DNA of 64,000 nucleotides from Rhizaria sp. SCN 62-66 (taxonomy: Eukaryota), in the NCBI GenBank assembly GCA_001724265.1, contig MEDY01000073.1:1-64000 (forward strand), written 5' to 3'. Every line of letters begins with the position of its first letter. Positions within the stretch are counted from its first letter, which is position 1. The position numbers were made by a program, and so were the translations under genes. This document shows positions 34,901 through 45,518 of this stretch, in pieces. Below the pieces are notes generated by a model. It worked only from the letters and a program-made list of their open reading frames with translations, had not been told where the DNA came from and did not search any database.

Positions 34901-36021
34901 GATGGCCTCGTTGAAGGCCTGCGAGAAGACGCGGTTGCCGGCCACAACGGCCAGCGCGGCGGCCTGCGCCGCGGCGGGCAGCGGGGCCGCGGTGGCGCCC
35001 GAGTTGGCCGTCGCCGTGGGGTCGGGCAGCGAGTAGTCCTGCGTGAGCAGCGCGCCGAAGGCTGTGGCGGACATGACCTTTGAGTCGATGTTCATGAGCA
35101 GCTGCTCGAGCACGGCGAGGCGGCCGCCCGTGATGCCGTAGCGCTCGGGGTCCGCGCGCGCGTACTTCATCATGCGCTTGTACGCGGCCCAGGCCTGCGT
35201 GAGCTCGGTGTTGGACTGGATGATCGAGTCGATGGTCACGAGCGCGGTCAGCAGCGCCGCCATGGACTCATACACGCAGTCAAACTCGACCGACTTAAAC
35301 GTCGTGACCCAGAGCTTCATGCGCTCGTGGTACAGGCACGCAAGCTGCGCGACAGTGTTGCGCACGACGGTGTTGGCGCGCGTGAGGAAGTTGCACAGGT
35401 CCTGCAGGAAGGGCAGGTAGTCGCCCATCTGGCGCTCCATCGACACCTTGGGCAGCTTCGGCAGAGGCGGCGACGATGACGAGGACGAGTCAGAGGAGGT
35501 GGTGATGATGTGACCAAACATCGCAAGCGGGCCGTAGTACTTTGTCTCAGCCGTCTGTTTAAGTTCACGCATCTCGTTCGTGAGCACGGCGAAGACGGCG
35601 AGGACCTTGTTGAGTTGAATGTTCTCCGTCTTGATCATGCCAGCGACGTGCGTCGTGTCGAACGGCTCCATGTTGATGCTCAGGATGTCATTCTCACTGT
35701 CCCATGCCTCAGAAATAGTCTCAGAGAGAACTTCGCGGATGGAACCAAGCTTTTTGTTGTAGTCAAGGACGAAGTCCTTCATCATGTTGAGGACATCGCC
35801 TGTAGCACGGAGAGAGGCAAAGGGTGGCGCGAAACGAGGAGTGCGGGAGAGGTTAGGTCGGGTGAGTAAGAATGCAAGGAAAGACAGGTGATACAACAGT
35901 ACGTAAACTACCAACCTCAAGGCGAGAGGTCCGTCATGGGCGTTTCAAACGTGTAATAAACGGCAGATAAATCAGGCTGGAGTGGCGACGTACCCTCAGC
36001 CTCAGCAAGCGCGGACGCCAT
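31975..36021 (-). CDS. WASHC4: WASH complex subunit 4 (SWIP/KIAA1033), about 1242 aa, 3 exons (36021-35994, 35799-34729, 34604-31975)
   Basis: Motifs [79 protein letters not shown] and FDSLHWF. Two phase-1 GTACGT introns restore one frame. The short first exon is the least certain part. Confidence 0.92.
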
Positions 36022-36405
36022 TGGATATCGCGGTACAGAGAGACAGCCGACGGCGCTCTTAGATAACCCTTAAGAAAGAGTGATAATGCGGGTAACTTGC
36101 GCAGTAACCACAGCAGCTGGAGTCACAGTCGCGAAGCGGGGAGTGGGAACGCGGAGGTAGAAGCTCCGACGAGCGCTGGTTGGCTAGATGGGGATATGAT
36201 TATGAAACAAACGCAAGAGCTAGAACGTGAGCAAGGGTCACGAGTGAAGGAGTCGAATGAAAAAGACATGGGAAATCTAAATAATATAATACAAAACCAT
36301 TTGCTGTGTTCGGAAGCGAGCATATCTCTCCCGCTTAGGTGCGACGTCACCCCTTCGGCCAAGGGAGGAGCAACATGCTGGTGGCGGCCGCACTCGATCG
36401 GAGCC

Positions 36406-36420
36406 CAGGACCGAAAAAAT
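36406..36420 (-). promoter_or_regulatory. Recurrent upstream motif ATTTTT(T)CGGTCCTG; second copy at 55882-55895
   Basis: A 13-nt exact match (CAGGACCGAAAAA on +) lies upstream of both WASHC4 and ACC1. Related copies at 12927-12936 and 12998-13010. Confidence 0.5.
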
Positions 36421-37120
36421 GAGGCAAAAGGTGAGAGGACCACTGAACCTTTATCGCGACAATTCGTCATGACCGATCAGATTGAAGTGGTGAAAAGTGT
36501 ACTATTTCTTTATTTGTTAGCAACTCGAGACGCCGTTGTTGTCCGGCATACCAGGTAATTCTGGTCTGTTACATTGGACGTAAGAGTATATGTACATGTA
36601 CAACGTTTGCGCGTTGTAGCGCGTCAATATATGAGCATCTTCAGAGCTGGTAGAAGTGTAAACTTGCCGATAGTAAATCGATAATAAAACAAAATACGAA
36701 GTCAAAAACCGGAAATCCGGTTGGGGAGGCGACAACGGGAGTATTGCAACGAGCATCACAGGGAGAGTATTGTGTAACAAATAAGAGAAGTAAACGAGTA
36801 AGAGCAACATGAAGAACACGGCGACATAAGGACAGACAAGGTTAGCACACCGCGGTGACTGTGACAACATTAGCAGTAACAGTGACAAACAGAAAGTGCA
36901 GCAAAAACATTAAAAAAAATGGAACCGCAAATCAGAGTCCACCCGCAAAGCACAAACATAATGTCTGTCGGGGGGATAGTTGTTATAGTCGAACAAATCA
37001 GAGGTGCAGAACTAAAAACAAACGAAACTTAACACAAAAACACGAACTTCAATGTTGTGCGTGGAGCTGCGGAATCCGCTGTGGCTTGAGCTTTGGTAAT
37101 CGCAACAGCTCGTTGCAGAC

Positions 37121-40100
37121 TCACTCCTTGGGCACAGGCAGCGGTAAGTTGAGCATCGAGGCGCGGCTCGCCACAGCGGCGGCGCCAGCGGGGGCCTGTG
37201 GTAGTGGCGGCGGCGGGGGCGGCACGTCATCGTCGTCCTCTTCTTCGTCGTCGATGATCCCGCCCAGCGGCGCGCCGCGGCCACCGGGGCCGTGGGCAGC
37301 CGAGAAGAGCGACATGAGTGAGTCGGAGTCCGCCTGCGCCGCGCCGGCCGGGGCAGTGGCAGAGCTGACGGTTGCGCTCGCTCTAGAGACAGGGACAGCG
37401 GCGGCCGATGTCTGCTGAGCGGCAGCGGCTCTTGACTTGTTGGCGTTGTTGATCGCGGCAACTCTTTCCGCGACGCTCCCGCGGCCGACGGGGACTGGCA
37501 CCGGCACCGCCACGGGCCCTGTGAAGCCCGTGCTGTTTCTACTGTTGCTGCCGCCCGCAGCACTGCCGCGCTTGCTGGCCGCGGCGGCCGCAGCCGCTTC
37601 GGGCTGGACGAAGACGCCCGCGAGCCCGCCCTGGGTGTGTGAGAGGCGGTGCTGCTCCTTGGCCTTGCGCACTGAGGTGGGGACATCGAACACGGCGTGG
37701 CCGTGTGCGTCCTTGGCCTGCTTCAACGACAGGATGCGGTACGTGTTGACCGGCGCCGAGTCGCCCAGCCGCTCCCACTGCGCCACCGTCACCGAGCCCA
37801 GCCGGTCGCGCCGCCGCGGCGCGCGCGCACCACCGAGCGCAAATACCGCTCCTGGCGCGGCGCCAGGGAGCCCGCCCGTGGTGCTGGAGAAGGACGGCGC
37901 GTTGGCGCGCGAGAACGAAGGCCCGCGCACGAGGTCGAACCCGCCATCGCCGCCAGCGCCGCCGCCGGCCGTGGAGCTGGCGGCGACCGAGTAGGCCGCG
38001 TTGCGCGTTATCGAGGGTGCGAAGCCTTCGCGGCCGCCGCCGATCCCGCCCACGGGCTGCGTCGGGAACAGCGAGGACATGGGCGCGCCCGACGTGCTGA
38101 CGCCGGTGTAGCTGCCGACCATCGGCGCGGAGCCCACCACGAAGCCGAAGGCGTTGCCGGCGCCCGCGGAGCCGTTGGTGGCGCCGCCCGGCGCGGGGAC
38201 GAAGCTGGAGCCCTGCGCGGGCCGCGGCGAGGTGGCGAGAGTGACGCGGCCAACGAGCGTGGCCCCCGGCACGGCGCCCAGCGTCGGGTGCGCGCCCGCG
38301 CCGCCCGGCAGGCCCAGCGCACCACCAGCGGCGCCGTCACCGCCGGCGCCCGGCGCGGCAACCGAGGCCGAGTGCGTGCGCGACTGCAGCGACGCCAGCG
38401 ACAACACTGCGCCGCCGCCGCTGTTGGTGCCGCCGATGGCGATGGGCGCCGACTGAGTGGGGGCGACCGTGGACGCGTTCGAGTACGACACAGGCCGCGT
38501 GGCGATGCCCCCAGAGTTTGTGCCGAACGTGTTGGCGCCGGCGCCTCTGCCGCCATAGATGGGCAGCGGCGTGGCCGCCAGCTGCGGCGCGGCGCCCGCC
38601 TGGTCGCCGCCGCCCCCCGTCGCGGGCGGCGAGGCGTCGGGGGAGGATAGCGGGGCAGCGCTGTTGACGACGACCAGGGGCGTTCTCATGCTGGCGTAGT
38701 TGTAGTTGCCCGAGGGCACGGTGGCGGCCGACACGGCGCGCGCGGGCCGATTCGCGGGCACGGGCGGCGCGGCCGCCGCGCCGAGCGCGGCGCCGAGCCC
38801 CGAGCGCGGGACCACGGAGCCGGGCCGCGTAGGCCGCGCGGGCACGGGCACGGGCGCCGAGGCACCGGGCGCGGAGCCAGGCACGGGCAGCGCCAGCGTC
38901 GGCGAGCGCTGCTTGGGCGAGACGGGCGCGAGCGGCGTGCTCACATCGCCGTCCTCGTCCTCGACGATGGTCTTAATGACCAGCGTGCCGCCGCCCGGCC
39001 GGCCGCCGCCGCTGCTCGTGGCCGCAGCGGACTTGTCTTCTTCGTCGTCGGGATTCGGCGGCAGCGTCGGCAGCGGCAGTAACAGGCTCCCTCGCGCGCT
39101 GCGCGTGTTGCCGCCGTTGGCGTTGCTGCTGCTGATCGGAATGGTCGAGCTGGAGACAGGCACGGAGGCGTCGAAGTAGTTGTCATCCACGGTCGTTCTA
39201 CCGGTGCCGTCAGTGTCGCCGCCAGTGTCTCTCTGGCTCGAGGTCGCGCACGTGGACCCGGGCGCTACAGCGGCGGCGGTTTCGGCGGCGGCGCGGGCGG
39301 CGGCAGCGCGGATTTCGTCCTCCTCGTCATCCTCGTTGTCGCTGCTGTCCGTCGTCGGTGGCGAGTCAAAACGCAGCCCCGATGCGACGGCGGCCTCGGC
39401 GGCGACGGCCGCGGCCGCGGCGGCGTTGAGCGCGGGCGGCGCGTCAACAAGCGTGTCGACGATGCTCTGCGTCAGTAGCCGCACAATGCCCACCGCGGCC
39501 GCAAAGTCGCGGTCATTGCGCGGCGCCGACAGGGCGTCTTTGCTCGTGCTTTTGGCGCTCTTCGACGGTGTGACTGGGCCGTCACCCGCGCCGCTCTCCG
39601 GCGTGGGCGGGTCTTTGCGGAAGATGTAGGGCGCGAGCGCGACCGCGAGCCCGACCATGCCGACGCCGGTGTCCTGCTCGAAAGTGCTGAGGTGCGCGAG
39701 AAAGGCCAGCACGAACTGCAACACGTCGCGCGCGAGCCCGGGGACGCGGGTGAGCAGTTGCGACAGCGCGGCCGCGTCGTCGCCCGAGAAGGCCGCCGTG
39801 AGCTCGCCCTGCAGCGCGACGGGTATCAGCGGCGACGGCAGGTCGCGCAGCCAGCAGCGGAACACCGTCAGCAGCGCCGACAGACTCCAGTCGCTCGGCG
39901 TGAAGCCGCGGTACACGCTGCCGCGCAGGCCCGGCACCCTCGCGGCGCTGGCGCCAGGGGCGAGCGAGGTGCGGTTGGGGCGTGCGGGCATCGCGGGCGG
40001 CTGGCCCCTGGCGGCGGTGCTGGCGCGGATGCTGTTGCTGTTGCTGGGTCTCGCGGCATAGTTGGCGTTGTCGATGGCGCTGATGAGCGCTGCCACTTCG

Positions 40101-41137
40101 GCGGGGTTGGCCTTGGTGCGGAACATGCCACGCGTCTTGCACAGCGCCTCGTTGGTCGACACGTAGTGCACAATCGCGGTCAGGAACAGCGGGGCGCGCG
40201 ACACGGGATCCAGCAGCGCGTCCGCCGCCAGCGCTTCGAGCGAGCGTCCGAACACGGCCTTGCCGCCGCTCCTGCTGTGGCCCTGCTGGGAGGGCGAGAG
40301 CGGGGTGAAGAAGAAGGCGGGGCCGCTGGTGCCGCCGTCGGACGGCGTGGCGGAAACAGCGACCGAGGGCGACGTCGAGCCCGCTGTGAGCGCGGACCCC
40401 GTGGGCAGAGAGGGGCCGTGGCGCGGCGACGGAACCGGCGACGACGAGGGCAGCGGGAACACCTGGGACGCAGAAGTAGGCAGAGAGTGGTTGTCGCGCA
40501 TCTGCGCGCGGAAGTCGGCGCCAGCGTCGTAGAGGTCGTTGAACTGCAGCGCGGCGGCCACCACGGCGGGGTCGTCGCTCTTGGCGTGAAGGTCGAGCTT
40601 CATGCTCGACACCGCGGCGGGCGGCGCAAGCTGGATTGCGAGAGTGAACAGATCGGCCGAGGACGGGTTCAGTTCCTTCGACGTCAGCTGCGTGATCAGG
40701 ATCAAGGCCAGCTCAGAGGACCGCTTTGGGCGCGACGAGAAACGCTTCGGGCGCCCACATGACCGCATGAGGCCCATCTGCTCATTGCCTGCCGCGGCGG
40801 AGGATGACGACTGCGAGGGAGACGAGTTGCCGCCCGAATTGGAGGCTGCGAGATAATCGGGGCTGGAGTCGAAGAGCAAGAGCTCAACGTCACGCGCAGA
40901 GACGCGGTACCTCGGTGCAGAGCCGGGCGGCGATGGAAAAAAAGCAGCGGAGAATGCGCCGATTGCGTCCTTGGCCGTGGTACGGAAGCCTGGCTGTAAG
41001 GACGTGACGAGGCTTTGGAACAGCTCGGTGCACGGCTGCAACGAGCGAGAGCCACCGGCGGCAGTTGTAGCAGCGGCAACCTGCGCGGCAGCAACACCGC
41101 TCATAGCGGCAGCAGAACCCGCGGGGCGGCCGGACAT
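37121..41137 (-). CDS. RhoGAP-domain protein with a long P/G/A-rich tail, single exon
   Basis: VFGRSLEAL, APLFLTAIVHYV, RGMFR (arginine finger), FRCWLRDLPSPLIP, LQFVLAFLAHL and LAVALAPYIFR. First ATG at 41137. Confidence 0.85.
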   Translation of the reverse strand: MSGRPAGSAAAMSGVAAAQVAAATTAAGGSRSLQPCTELFQSLVTSLQPGFRTTAKDAIGAFSAAFFPSPPGSAPRYRVSARDVELLLFDSSPDYLAASNSGGNSSPSQSSSSAAAGNEQMGLMRSCGRPKRFSSRPKRSSELALILITQLTSKELNPSSADLFTLAIQLAPPAAVSSMKLDLHAKSDDPAVVAAALQFNDLYDAGADFRAQMRDNHSLPTSASQVFPLPSSSPVPSPRHGPSLPTGSALTAGSTSPSVAVSATPSDGGTSGPAFFFTPLSPSQQGHSRSGGKAVFGRSLEALAADALLDPVSRAPLFLTAIVHYVSTNEALCKTRGMFRTKANPAEVAALISAIDNANYAARPSNSNSIRASTAARGQPPAMPARPNRTSLAPGASAARVPGLRGSVYRGFTPSDWSLSALLTVFRCWLRDLPSPLIPVALQGELTAAFSGDDAAALSQLLTRVPGLARDVLQFVLAFLAHLSTFEQDTGVGMVGLAVALAPYIFRKDPPTPESGAGDGPVTPSKSAKSTSKDALSAPRNDRDFAAAVGIVRLLTQSIVDTLVDAPPALNAAAAAAVAAEAAVASGLRFDSPPTTDSSDNEDDEEDEIRAAAARAAAETAAAVAPGSTCATSSQRDTGGDTDGTGRTTVDDNYFDASVPVSSSTIPISSSNANGGNTRSARGSLLLPLPTLPPNPDDEEDKSAAATSSGGGRPGGGTLVIKTIVEDEDGDVSTPLAPVSPKQRSPTLALPVPGSAPGASAPVPVPARPTRPGSVVPRSGLGAALGAAAAPPVPANRPARAVSAATVPSGNYNYASMRTPLVVVNSAAPLSSPDASPPATGGGGDQAGAAPQLAATPLPIYGGRGAGANTFGTNSGGIATRPVSYSNASTVAPTQSAPIAIGGTNSGGGAVLSLASLQSRTHSASVAAPGAGGDGAAGGALGLPGGAGAHPTLGAVPGATLVGRVTLATSPRPAQGSSFVPAPGGATNGSAGAGNAFGFVVGSAPMVGSYTGVSTSGAPMSSLFPTQPVGGIGGGREGFAPSITRNAAYSVAASSTAGGGAGGDGGFDLVRGPSFSRANAPSFSSTTGGLPGAAPGAVFALGGARAPRRRDRLGSVTVAQWERLGDSAPVNTYRILSLKQAKDAHGHAVFDVPTSVRKAKEQHRLSHTQGGLAGVFVQPEAAAAAAASKRGSAAGGSNSRNSTGFTGPVAVPVPVPVGRGSVAERVAAINNANKSRAAAAQQTSAAAVPVSRASATVSSATAPAGAAQADSDSLMSLFSAAHGPGGRGAPLGGIIDDEEEDDDDVPPPPPPLPQAPAGAAAVASRASMLNLPLPVPKE

Positions 41138-41758
41138 GAGACGAGTGGGCGACACTGATCGGCGGCGCTGTGACGAAGAAGCGATAGGGACTCTGCAGGC
41201 GTTAGTGAGGACAGAAAAGAGCTGATTCAAGATAGTAACAGTCGTTAACTGACCTCTTGAGTGTGAAACCTGGCATTCAAATACATAAAATACACATACA
41301 AAATAATTCGGTGAGAGTTACGTCGTACTAGTTGTGGTATGCGTCAATAGGCTTACTGACTGAGATAAAAGTGTCCGGACGCGAATATTGGAGATCATAG
41401 AGCATGTTACAGAAGAGCAGTGTTGATTTAACAGTAGTATCATATATATCCGTCTCGTACAGTTACTAACACAAAGTTCCATTTCGAATTGACGCATGCA
41501 AGTGCGCGTATTTCTTTCTTTGGTGGACGCCTCGTTGGTCATCTCCTCGTCAAATGGTTTGAGGTTGGACTTTCTGACGCGTGCCAGCTGGGTTCCTAAA
41601 AAAACTTCACTTGAAAACGCACGAAACAGCTGCATACACCGTGATCTCCAAATTTCGAGCAGAAATAACAATATATAACTATGTATTAGAAATGGAATCA
41701 AACTAAATGACCATGCGTATGTTAGAGCAATCGTTCTTCGTCCAGTATCCATGTTGTT

Positions 41759-44700
41759 TTACTTCTTGCCCTTGTCCTGAGAGGCTTCAGCATACACTTC
41801 GTCCGCGGCCTCGATAGCAGCTTCCACGGCCTCGTCCCACCACGCCGTCATCCCGGCCACAATCGCGGTCACGGCACCAAGTTTCCACGCCACGCGCGCG
41901 CCCCCGTCCTCGGTCTCGATCGCAGTCTTGGCTTCCTCGGCGGCCGCCTCTGCCCGTGCCGCTGCCGCCTTGCCCAGAGCGCTCCAGACCGCTTCCGCAG
42001 CCACCGCAGCATCGCTGTCGCCGCCCAAGGCTGCCGCCGCAGCCCGCCCATGCGCACGCGCGTGTGCGCGGCCCAACGCAGCGGCGGTGTCCGCATAGGC
42101 GCGCGGACAGGGCGGGAAGAGCGGCTCCAGCTCGCAGGGCGCGGCCGAGTAACGCAGCGCCGACAGCGCGCGGTTCTTGACCAGCGCGCTCACGGGCGTC
42201 GTCCCGTTGGCGCCCGGGATCACTACGGGACCCGACGGGGACGGGCGCGTCACAGGCGCAGTCTCCGCCACACCAGCCGTTGCTGGCGTCGATTCGCTGT
42301 TCTCAGTCGCGGCGCCGGCGGCGCTGGCTGCGGGCGCGAGCGGCGCGGCGAGCACGGCGCGCGCGAGGGCGGGCTCGCGGTGCATCATCCACGCCGTCGT
42401 GGCCGCAAACACGGCGCCCTTGCCGCGCCTGCGCGTGCGCGGGCACAGCGCAGCAGCCGCAGCCTCGGCCCCGGCCTCGGTGGTGCCCTGCGGCAGCGAG
42501 AGAGTGCGCAGCGCGGCGGCGGTCGCGGCGGCCAGCGAGTCTTGGTTGGGCGGCGCGTCGCTCGCGCTCGCAGACGCAACCGCGGTCGCAGCTGCGGCCT
42601 CAGCTGCAGTCGCTGCAGTCGAGGACACCGGTGTCGAGGACCCAGGCGTCACCGGCTCAGAGCCGGCATCATCCGGGTTAGCGGCACCGGCCGCCGGACC
42701 GGCCGCTGGCTTCGCCTTAGAGGCACAAGCGGCAGCGGCGAACTCGGCGGCCTTGGCGCGGAGCAGGCGCTCCTCGATGCGGAGCGTGTTAAAGACGTCG
42801 TGCAGCACCTTGGGCTTGACCTCTGCGTCGACGGGCGTGGACACCAGCATCGCGGGCGAGCGGTTGATCTCGAGCAGGTGCGGCCGGCCGCGGTCGTCGA
42901 TCAGCACGTCCACACCCAGCAGCTCGTAGCCCCAGATAGGCTCCAGCTCGCCCGCGCCCGCCGCAGCGCTAGCAGAGCTCGCGCCAGCAGCGCCAGCGCC
43001 CGCGCTGACTGAAGACGCAGCAGCTGGGCCACCGCTCGTGCCGTCTGCGGTGTGCGATGGGCTGACACCGTCTTCGTCGTCGTCGCTCGTCTTGTTGACA
43101 GCGTTCACGTCCTTCGCGTCATTCGCGCTGCTGCTGCTACTGCTGCTGCTACAGTTGCCATAGACGGCCGAGGGCGGGTAGTGGGGCCGTTCGAGCACGG
43201 ACATCATCGTCGGCGTCATGGCCATCAGCACCAGGTGCTTGATCTCGGCCCACAGTCGCGGTGGCAGCACGTATGGCGTCGACGCGCGCACGCCGCCCGC
43301 GCCCGCGCCCGCATCCGCATCAGCATCAGCCGCATCGCTCTCGGCCGCCGCCTTCTTGTCGCGCGCGCCGCCAGCGGCCGTGAAGGTGGCGCAGCGCTCG
43401 TCGAGGTAGCGCCAGAGCTCGGACAGCAGCCACTTGGGCCCGCTGGCGCCGTCCGTAGGACGCTCGAAGTCGGCGCGCGTGGCGCCGCGGCCAAGCCCGG
43501 TGCTGGGGCTACTGGCGTCCGCGGTGTCCTTAGCGTTCTTGTCGCCGCCGCCAGAAGCGCCCTGACCAGAGGAACCCTTGCCTGCGTCTTCTGTCTTCTC
43601 AGACGCAGACCCAGCAGCAGCGCTAGCGTTGGCCGGGCTCGCAACAGTCTTCTTGCTGCCCACGTTGGGCATGTTCGCCTTGTTGAGGGTGAAGTTGGTC
43701 AGGTGGCTGTGCGTGTTCTCGAGCCCGCCGGTCTGGTAGGGCACCGAGGCGAAGCGCACGAGGCCGCGTGAGTGGATGTGCAGGCGGAAGGGCCACGCGC
43801 GCTCCAGCAGCACGTACAGCCGCAGGTCGAACTTATGCGCCGGCGCGCCGATCAGAAACGGGTTCGGGATGTAGTTCTGCACAGTGATAAAAAAAAAAAA
43901 CACAAGAAAGCGTACACTTTGATGAGGGAAAATCACGAGTCACAATCCAATAAATGGGATGATCTGAACACATCAACACACAAAACATGTCTGAAAGCGG
44001 AAACTTCCGCGTACCTGCACCACGCAGGTGGGCTTGCCCGCGGCGGCCCACTTGGTCTCAAACACCTCCTTCGAGTCAAACAGGAAGATGCCGAAGCCGC
44101 GCGCTGCCGCGGTCGGCTTGCAGATCCACACGGGTTTCGCGAAGCCGGTCTTGCCTGCCGTGGCAACTGTCGTCGTCGTCGTTGTCGTCGACGCAGCACT
44201 GGTGTTGGTGGCAGCGGCCGCAGCCGCGGCATCAACAGCGGCTGTCATCTGCCGCAGCCCACGCGGGAGAATAAAGGACTGCGGGAAGCCGCGGAAGCCC
44301 TTAAGCAACGCGGGGTTGTTGTGGCGGCGCAGGAGCACGCGCGCCTCGGCCATGCGCAACGCGAGCACGTCCTTGCGGTAGACCGTGGGCAGCGTAACCA
44401 GGTGGTTGAGCATCTGCGAGTGCGCGAGGAAGCCGTTGCTGTAGAGCGCGGGCAGGAAGCCGTAGTCCTCCCACCACAGCGACCACAGCGGCGGCACGGC
44501 GCGGTAGTACTCGAGTGAGCGCGCCGGCCGCTTGCGCTGGTCCGCCGAGCTGCCCGCGCCCACCAGGTGGTTCTGGTCCTCGGACGGGTGCGGGTGGCGC
44601 AAGCTGAGGTCAATCCACCCGCGGCTCTCCAAGAAGCGCTTGACGAAGGCCGTGACCTCTGGCGAGAGGCGGAAGTAGAGCACTCGGGGGTCGTCCGTCA

Positions 44701-44797
44701 CCTCGCGCGCAGCGGCGACGCCGAACGAGGGCGCGGAAGGCTTCGCCGCGCCGACCTTAGCACTGGGCTGCAAGGCCGATTTGGGGAGCGTCGACAT
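41759..44797 (-). CDS. TTLL: Tubulin-tyrosine ligase-like enzyme (TTLL, probable polyglutamylase), about 966 aa, 2 exons (44797-44015, 43876-41759)
   Basis: FPQSFILP, WICKPTAAARGFGIFL, VVQ|NYIPNPFLI...KFDLRLYVL, GLVRFASVPY, HLTNFTLNK and YELLGVDVLID....HLLEINRSP. Phase-0 intron GTACGC...CAG. Confidence 0.92.
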
Positions 44798-45518
44798 GAT
44801 GTAGCGTTGCGAGCGGATGCACCGCGGGTGGGTTATGAAGCGAGCTGTTGTTGGAGTAGCGAGTTGCTGAGACTGATGTGATAACGGAACACTATTAAAT
44901 GATATATAGGGAAACATAATCGGATATTGAGACAGTTTAATTTAAAACACATATATTAAAAACACTATACAAATGCCACTACCACCTTCGTCTGCCAATT
45001 GACGGTCATATGGTGGTCCAATTTCATACCAAAAAGTAGCAGTTCTCAACAGAGCAAGACGCACGACTTCTGCATAAAAAGCAACTCGTTGCGTCTTCAG
45101 CATAATCATACTCAAGTGACTAAAGCAAGTATAAGCCACAACAGAAACGTGTAACTGAATGAGTTGTTCGCGTTTAATATTAACAAGGAACGAATAGCCT
45201 GTATTTTCTTCCTAAAACCCCACAACTAGCTGGTCACACACCTTCCAATTACAAAGTCACATTCAACAACAAACAAGCAAACGTAGCCAAAACAGATAAA
45301 GACTACTCTAAAAAGAAATGTAAAACATAGAGAAAGTAAAGAGCAAAATACACTATCGGCAAGCTAACAGGAGCACCACATATGACGGCGACTCATAACA
45401 TGTAAATAAACGAGCTTTTAACAAGCAAAATTGTAGACACACACAGCAAATAGAAGCAGTCGGTTTGTCGTCAATGACTCCGACTGCAGAGCAGCGACCG
45501 CCGCAGTATATGCGGCGC

